Origin: a virus
Lineage: Duplodnaviria > Caudoviricetes
IMG/VR virus record: IMGVR_UViG_3300025769_012369
Span: 1 to 54,764 of that record
DNA: 54,764 nt
Strand: one strand, 5' to 3'
Numbering within the stretch: the first letter of the stretch is position 1; each line of letters begins with the position of its first letter. This document shows positions 51,242 through 54,764 of the stretch, in pieces. The position numbers were made by a program, and so were the translations under genes. A model generated the notes under the pieces. It did no database searches. It was not told the DNA's origin and worked only from the letters and a program-made list of their open reading frames with translations.

Positions 51242-52176
51242 GACGCGGCGACAGTGTAGAACGGATCAGGTGCACCGGCTGTGAAGCCGCGAGTCGCGAT
51301 CAGGCCGATCTCGCCCTGGCGCAACGTGACGTTTCCGAACTGGAACCCGGCAGACTTGAGCTGCGCGGCCTTCAGGGTGATCACAACTCCCGTGGCGGTC
51401 AGGGCCAGGTCGTTGCTGTTCGCGTTTAGGGATCGCCCGCGTGCGGCCCCGGTGTCTTGCACCAGCAAAGCGGTGTTGATGTTGGCCTCTGGGATGTTGG
51501 CCGGGATGCACTTTGCCATCGCTCCCGTGCTCGCGAACTTCATGTCGTAGGTGCCAATGTCGTCCATCGGCACCGGACTTGTCTGAAGGTCGAAATCAAT
51601 CGTCCAACCAGTTTGCGTCTCGATGTCGTCCCAGGGCGAGGAACCCCACGCGGCCGCGAGCGGCTGGGTCAGGATCGCAGCGGGGTCGAACCCGGTGTCG
51701 GACCAGGCGTTGCTGGCGATGGTGAACAGCGAATCGGCCGTCGACCACGCGGTATTGTCCTTGCGGATCGCTGTGAACTCGACCGCGCCAATCATGGTCT
51801 CGGACGCGCTGCCGCGAATCGTCGGGATCTTGGTCAGGGCAGCGGCCGGGAACGTGTAGAGCTTCCCGTCAACGGATTGGATGGTCAGCGGGATGTCTCC
51901 CGAGCTCTCCCCGTAGCTGGCCCCGTCGAAGATCGACGCGCCCACGGTGAAGGCCCCATACGGCCAAAGGATTCCCAGGCTTTCCCACTCGCCCGCTGGT
52001 TCGAAGCTGATGACCGCCATCACGTCGATGGCTCGCTCGTCAACTTTTCCGTATGCGGCGACCGGAACTTCCATTGTCTGGATTTCGGTCTGCACGCTGA
52101 TGTCGCCCTTGGAATAGAACACACCTCCTCGGTATGTTACGCGGGCCGGTCCTGCAATAAGGCTTGCTCTTGTCAT
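51238..52176 (-). CDS. Major tail tube protein
   Basis: 312 aa beta-rich protein with two similar halves, after the tail terminator; no sheath gene present. Confidence 0.7.
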   Translation of the reverse strand: MTRASLIAGPARVTYRGGVFYSKGDISVQTEIQTMEVPVAAYGKVDERAIDVMAVISFEPAGEWESLGILWPYGAFTVGASIFDGASYGESSGDIPLTIQSVDGKLYTFPAAALTKIPTIRGSASETMIGAVEFTAIRKDNTAWSTADSLFTIASNAWSDTGFDPAAILTQPLAAAWGSSPWDDIETQTGWTIDFDLQTSPVPMDDIGTYDMKFASTGAMAKCIPANIPEANINTALLVQDTGAARGRSLNANSNDLALTATGVVITLKAAQLKSAGFQFGNVTLRQGEIGLIATRGFTAGAPDPFYTVAAS

Positions 52177-52221
52177 TTTGTTGTCTCCGGTTCGTGTTTA
52201 TGCGGCGGCATCGTGGCGATA

Positions 52222-52626
52222 CTAGGTAAGGTCACCGCTTTTGCAATCTCCGATTGCCTGCCGGACACTCTCGCAAAACGGTCGGTCCAGGTGGGCGTCG
52301 GGGTGAACGCCTGCGATCTGCAGGCCTGCTTTCTTCAGTCCCATGTCCACTGACATGGCTCCCAGGGCGATGCCCACCGACCGGCTCAGTCCGGCCGAGC
52401 AGTGGATCAGCACCTTCGGATAGTTCTGCCTCAGCCAGATTGCCGTTCTCACGGCGTGGATGATCCTTCGGCTGTCGTTTGCCCCTGTGTCGGACAAAGG
52501 CACCCAGAAACGATGTGGTGCCTGTTCTGTGCCTTTTCTGCAGACGTTCAGGACCGCCCCGTCCCTGGGGAATTGTTCGGCGTCGTTGTGGTTGCCGACG
52601 AATAGTTCTTCATCAACTTCAATCAT
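52222..52626 (-). CDS. Dual-specificity protein phosphatase
   Basis: LFVGN, VLNV, PLSD general acid, VLIHCSAGLSRS (HCxxGxxR). Confidence 0.9.
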   Translation of the reverse strand: MIEVDEELFVGNHNDAEQFPRDGAVLNVCRKGTEQAPHRFWVPLSDTGANDSRRIIHAVRTAIWLRQNYPKVLIHCSAGLSRSVGIALGAMSVDMGLKKAGLQIAGVHPDAHLDRPFCESVRQAIGDCKSGDLT

Positions 52627-53357
52627 GGCTGTTCGTAGAATCCTCCTGCCATCGCACTGTCGATCATGTCGGCCTTGCTCGCGACGGCGTGCAGCATGGC
52701 CAGGTCGTTGACGTAGTTCAGCGTCACTGCCCCAGTGTAAAGCGTTCCATTGCCCGCGTGCGGGTAGGTGCCGTCGGTGGTGTAGTAGACCGACGCGCCC
52801 GCCTCGTTGTTGGTGATGGTCACCGACACCGGGTTGCCGCTCGTCGCGGACAGGGTCGGAGCCGCGCAGACTGCAACACGTGCCTTGTCGGCCTCCCGAT
52901 ACTTGAACCGGACCTCGTAGGCCAGGGGTGCGATTGGGTCTTCGACCGGCACGATGGTCGGGTTTTCGGTCGAGAGGACCGTGCAGAACCCTGCAGCCTG
53001 AAAATGATTCATCACCCGCAGGATGCGCCTGGCCAGGGCCAGGGCTGATTTCCCGGTCCCGTTGGCCCCCGTGTTGAATACCGGGTTCTCCAAGACGCGG
53101 AAGGCCTGCTCAGTGTCCAAGGGCGACTGCTGGATGGCCTCCGCGAATGTCGATGCGACCGGCGACATGACCATGATGGCCGCGCCCACCTTGTCGGTCC
53201 GTGCAGTCATCACGGCCAGGCTGTTGGTGATCTTCGATTGCAGGTTCTCAATGCGCTCATAAAAGATCGGCACGTCGGCGAACCACGGGTCGGCAAGCAG
53301 TCGCTCCCGTAGGATCAACTGCATCTGTTCCAGGATTAGGTCATTCGGTGCGCTCAT
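52623..53357 (-). CDS. Tail terminator-like protein with C-terminal Fn3-associated/chitobiase-type Ig domain
   Basis: APTLSATSG...VTITNNEAGASVYYTTDGTYP...LYTGAVTL; position after the neck gene. Confidence 0.65.
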   Translation of the reverse strand: MSAPNDLILEQMQLILRERLLADPWFADVPIFYERIENLQSKITNSLAVMTARTDKVGAAIMVMSPVASTFAEAIQQSPLDTEQAFRVLENPVFNTGANGTGKSALALARRILRVMNHFQAAGFCTVLSTENPTIVPVEDPIAPLAYEVRFKYREADKARVAVCAAPTLSATSGNPVSVTITNNEAGASVYYTTDGTYPHAGNGTLYTGAVTLNYVNDLAMLHAVASKADMIDSAMAGGFYEQP

Positions 53358-53980
53358 TTGATCTTCGCTAGTTTGCCCAGGGTCGTTTTCATGGTGGCGA
53401 TCAGCTCCTTGTCCTTGGGGATCACCTCGGGCGTTGGTTTCTGGTTCACCGACCGGCGCAGGACGTAAAGGATGTTCCAGCGTGCCCGCAGGCGTTCGCC
53501 CTTCTTTCGCTTGCCCTTGCCGTTCCTGGGTGTGGTGTCGCCCGGGATGCCCAGGGCGACCGGTTTACCGTCCTTGTTGAATACCAGCTTCAGGTCAGGG
53601 AACTCGGATGCACGCTTGCCGTGGGCCTCGGCTGCGACCGGGATGGTCAGGAACTTGGTCGGGCCGCTGCCGGTGCTGGAATTGTTGCGCCCTGGTTTGA
53701 TCTGCCCGCCATAGATGCGCTGCTTGATTCCCACATGGCTGATCCAGACGATCACCAGCTTTCCGTCCTGCTTCCAGTGCGTGGCCCGTGCTGCCTGGGC
53801 GTAGAAGTTGGTTCGCTTCCCTCCCAGCTTGTTGGGGTTGGCCCTGTTGTATCGGAACAGGTGGTTGCGGACGTGGGTTTGCACTGCTCGTCCAAGGGCC
53901 GGGCGCACCTTGTCCATCTGCAGGCTGTTGATCATGGCCTGCAGTGGCTTGGTCGCGTAGTCCTTGACGGTGATCTTCAT
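53354..53980 (-). CDS. Neck/tail-completion protein (Mu gpG-like)
   Basis: Basic 208-aa protein, QRIYGGQIKP...KFLTIP; follows the MuF locus. Confidence 0.65.
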   Translation of the reverse strand: MKITVKDYATKPLQAMINSLQMDKVRPALGRAVQTHVRNHLFRYNRANPNKLGGKRTNFYAQAARATHWKQDGKLVIVWISHVGIKQRIYGGQIKPGRNNSSTGSGPTKFLTIPVAAEAHGKRASEFPDLKLVFNKDGKPVALGIPGDTTPRNGKGKRKKGERLRARWNILYVLRRSVNQKPTPEVIPKDKELIATMKTTLGKLAKIK

Positions 53981-54474
53981 TCGTCGTCGTCGTCTTCCTC
54001 GATTGTGGGGTCGGTCCCCATGAGTCTCTGCGCGGCCAGTGTAATCATGGCTCGCATGTGGGCGGCAATCTCAATCGGCGGCTCCCCGCTCTCCTTCATG
54101 TCCTGAAGGGTCTCTGTGAACTCGACCACGGTGACGGTGAAAAACGATTTCAGCACCTCCTCCGGTGTCTCCCCTCCGAACATGAGAACTTGCTTCAGGT
54201 AGCGGTCGACGTTGCCCCGCGTAAACCAGGCGGTGCCTTCGAAGTCCTCCGACTCGCTGAATAGGATCGGGGTCAGGGTTGCCATCTGCTTGTCGATCCA
54301 GGCCTCCAGCTCGTCCTCACTGGTTCCGTCGTCGTCCCACCATTCGATGAACTCCGCGATGAACTGCTGCACGATGCCGCGCACGTTGCTGAAGTTGCCC
54401 AGGCTGTTCTCTCCGTTGGCCTGCGCGATGGCTTGCTTCAGGAATTCGTCGTCTTGTTCTTGTGGTGTGCTCAT
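53977..54474 (-). CDS. Acidic helical protein; candidate immunity protein for the MuF effector
   Basis: 165 aa, very D/E-rich; starts 4 nt after the MuF-ART stop. The ORF is well supported; the function is inferred. Confidence 0.6.
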   Translation of the reverse strand: MSTPQEQDDEFLKQAIAQANGENSLGNFSNVRGIVQQFIAEFIEWWDDDGTSEDELEAWIDKQMATLTPILFSESEDFEGTAWFTRGNVDRYLKQVLMFGGETPEEVLKSFFTVTVVEFTETLQDMKESGEPPIEIAAHMRAMITLAAQRLMGTDPTIEEDDDDE

Positions 54475-54478
54475 GCGT

Positions 54479-54764
54479 TCAGTCGTTGAAGATTACCGCC
54501 TCGACAATGATCGGGTTGCCAGTCGACACGATGCCGGTGTGCTTCTGCACCTTCTTGATCACGTAGCGGGTGTTTGCCGGGAGCAGCACTTCGCCTTCGT
54601 TGCTATAAGCACTGATTTTCTTGACATAGGCCCCCTTCGCTCCCTTGCCCGCGGTCAGTTTCCAATGCACCGTGCCGCTCCATACGTTCTCGCTCATGCT
54701 GGTCGAGCTGAGTGCTGTTTCAACGAGCACCTGGCCAGGCTTCAAGTTGAGTGCCGCTTGCTGA
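54479..54764 (-). CDS. C-terminal ADP-ribosyltransferase end of the MuF polyprotein (same gene as 1-4584)
   Basis: ETALSSTSMSENVW...SAYSNEGEVLLPANTRY: STS and ExE motifs of R-S-E ARTs; in frame with 1-4584 through the terminal repeat. Confidence 0.88.
   Translation of the reverse strand, partial: QQAALNLKPGQVLVETALSSTSMSENVWSGTVHWKLTAGKGAKGAYVKKISAYSNEGEVLLPANTRYVIKKVQKHTGIVSTGNPIIVEAVIFND
54611..54764. repeat. Terminal direct repeat, right copy
   Basis: Matches 1-154 with a single mismatch. Confidence 0.97.

Noticed and set aside
54479-54745. Stand-alone 88-aa gene as given in the ORF track
   Set aside because: It is the in-frame C-terminus of the MuF polyprotein that crosses the contig join.
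1-54764. tRNA, rRNA or other structured RNA genes; alternative genetic code
   Set aside because: Intergenic gaps are short and I recognised no cloverleaf (tRNAscan/Infernal not run). Genes read intact in the standard code with TGA, TAA and TAG all used as stops.

Overview
This window is an apparently complete, circularly permuted tailed-phage genome of about 54,610 bp: bases 1-154 recur at 54611-54764 with one synonymous mismatch. It is GC-rich and every credible gene lies on the minus strand. The head module is Mu-like (TerS/TerL, DUF935-type portal, Mu I-type protease/scaffold, capsid, gp36, MuF, gpG-like). The tail is non-contractile in gene content, and I found no transposase, integrase, DNA polymerase or clear repressor. 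Main highlights: (1) A 1571-aa MuF head protein, mostly missed by the ORF track because it crosses the contig join, is fused to pyrophosphatase-like, HipA/PI3K-like kinase and R-S-E ADP-ribosyltransferase domains. It is followed by an acidic candidate immunity gene and, three genes beyond that, a dual-specificity phosphatase. (2) A 7-deazaguanine DNA-modification operon (queD, queE, PRTase-folE fusion, DpdL-like T-fold, dpdA-like, YhhQ/VUT transporter, two ParB-like genes) lacks queC. (3) An ACAAGACA/GACAAC leader motif sits directly before many early-gene starts, and the phage encodes a tandem KhpA-like KH protein. (4) Other notable features are Asn-Arg motifs that may mark head-protease cleavage sites, a 21-bp iteron-like array, an i-type lysozyme between duplicated gene starts, a sulfotransferase in the replication operon and a glycosyltransferase in the tail operon. 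All calls come from reading motifs by eye; no database searches were run.
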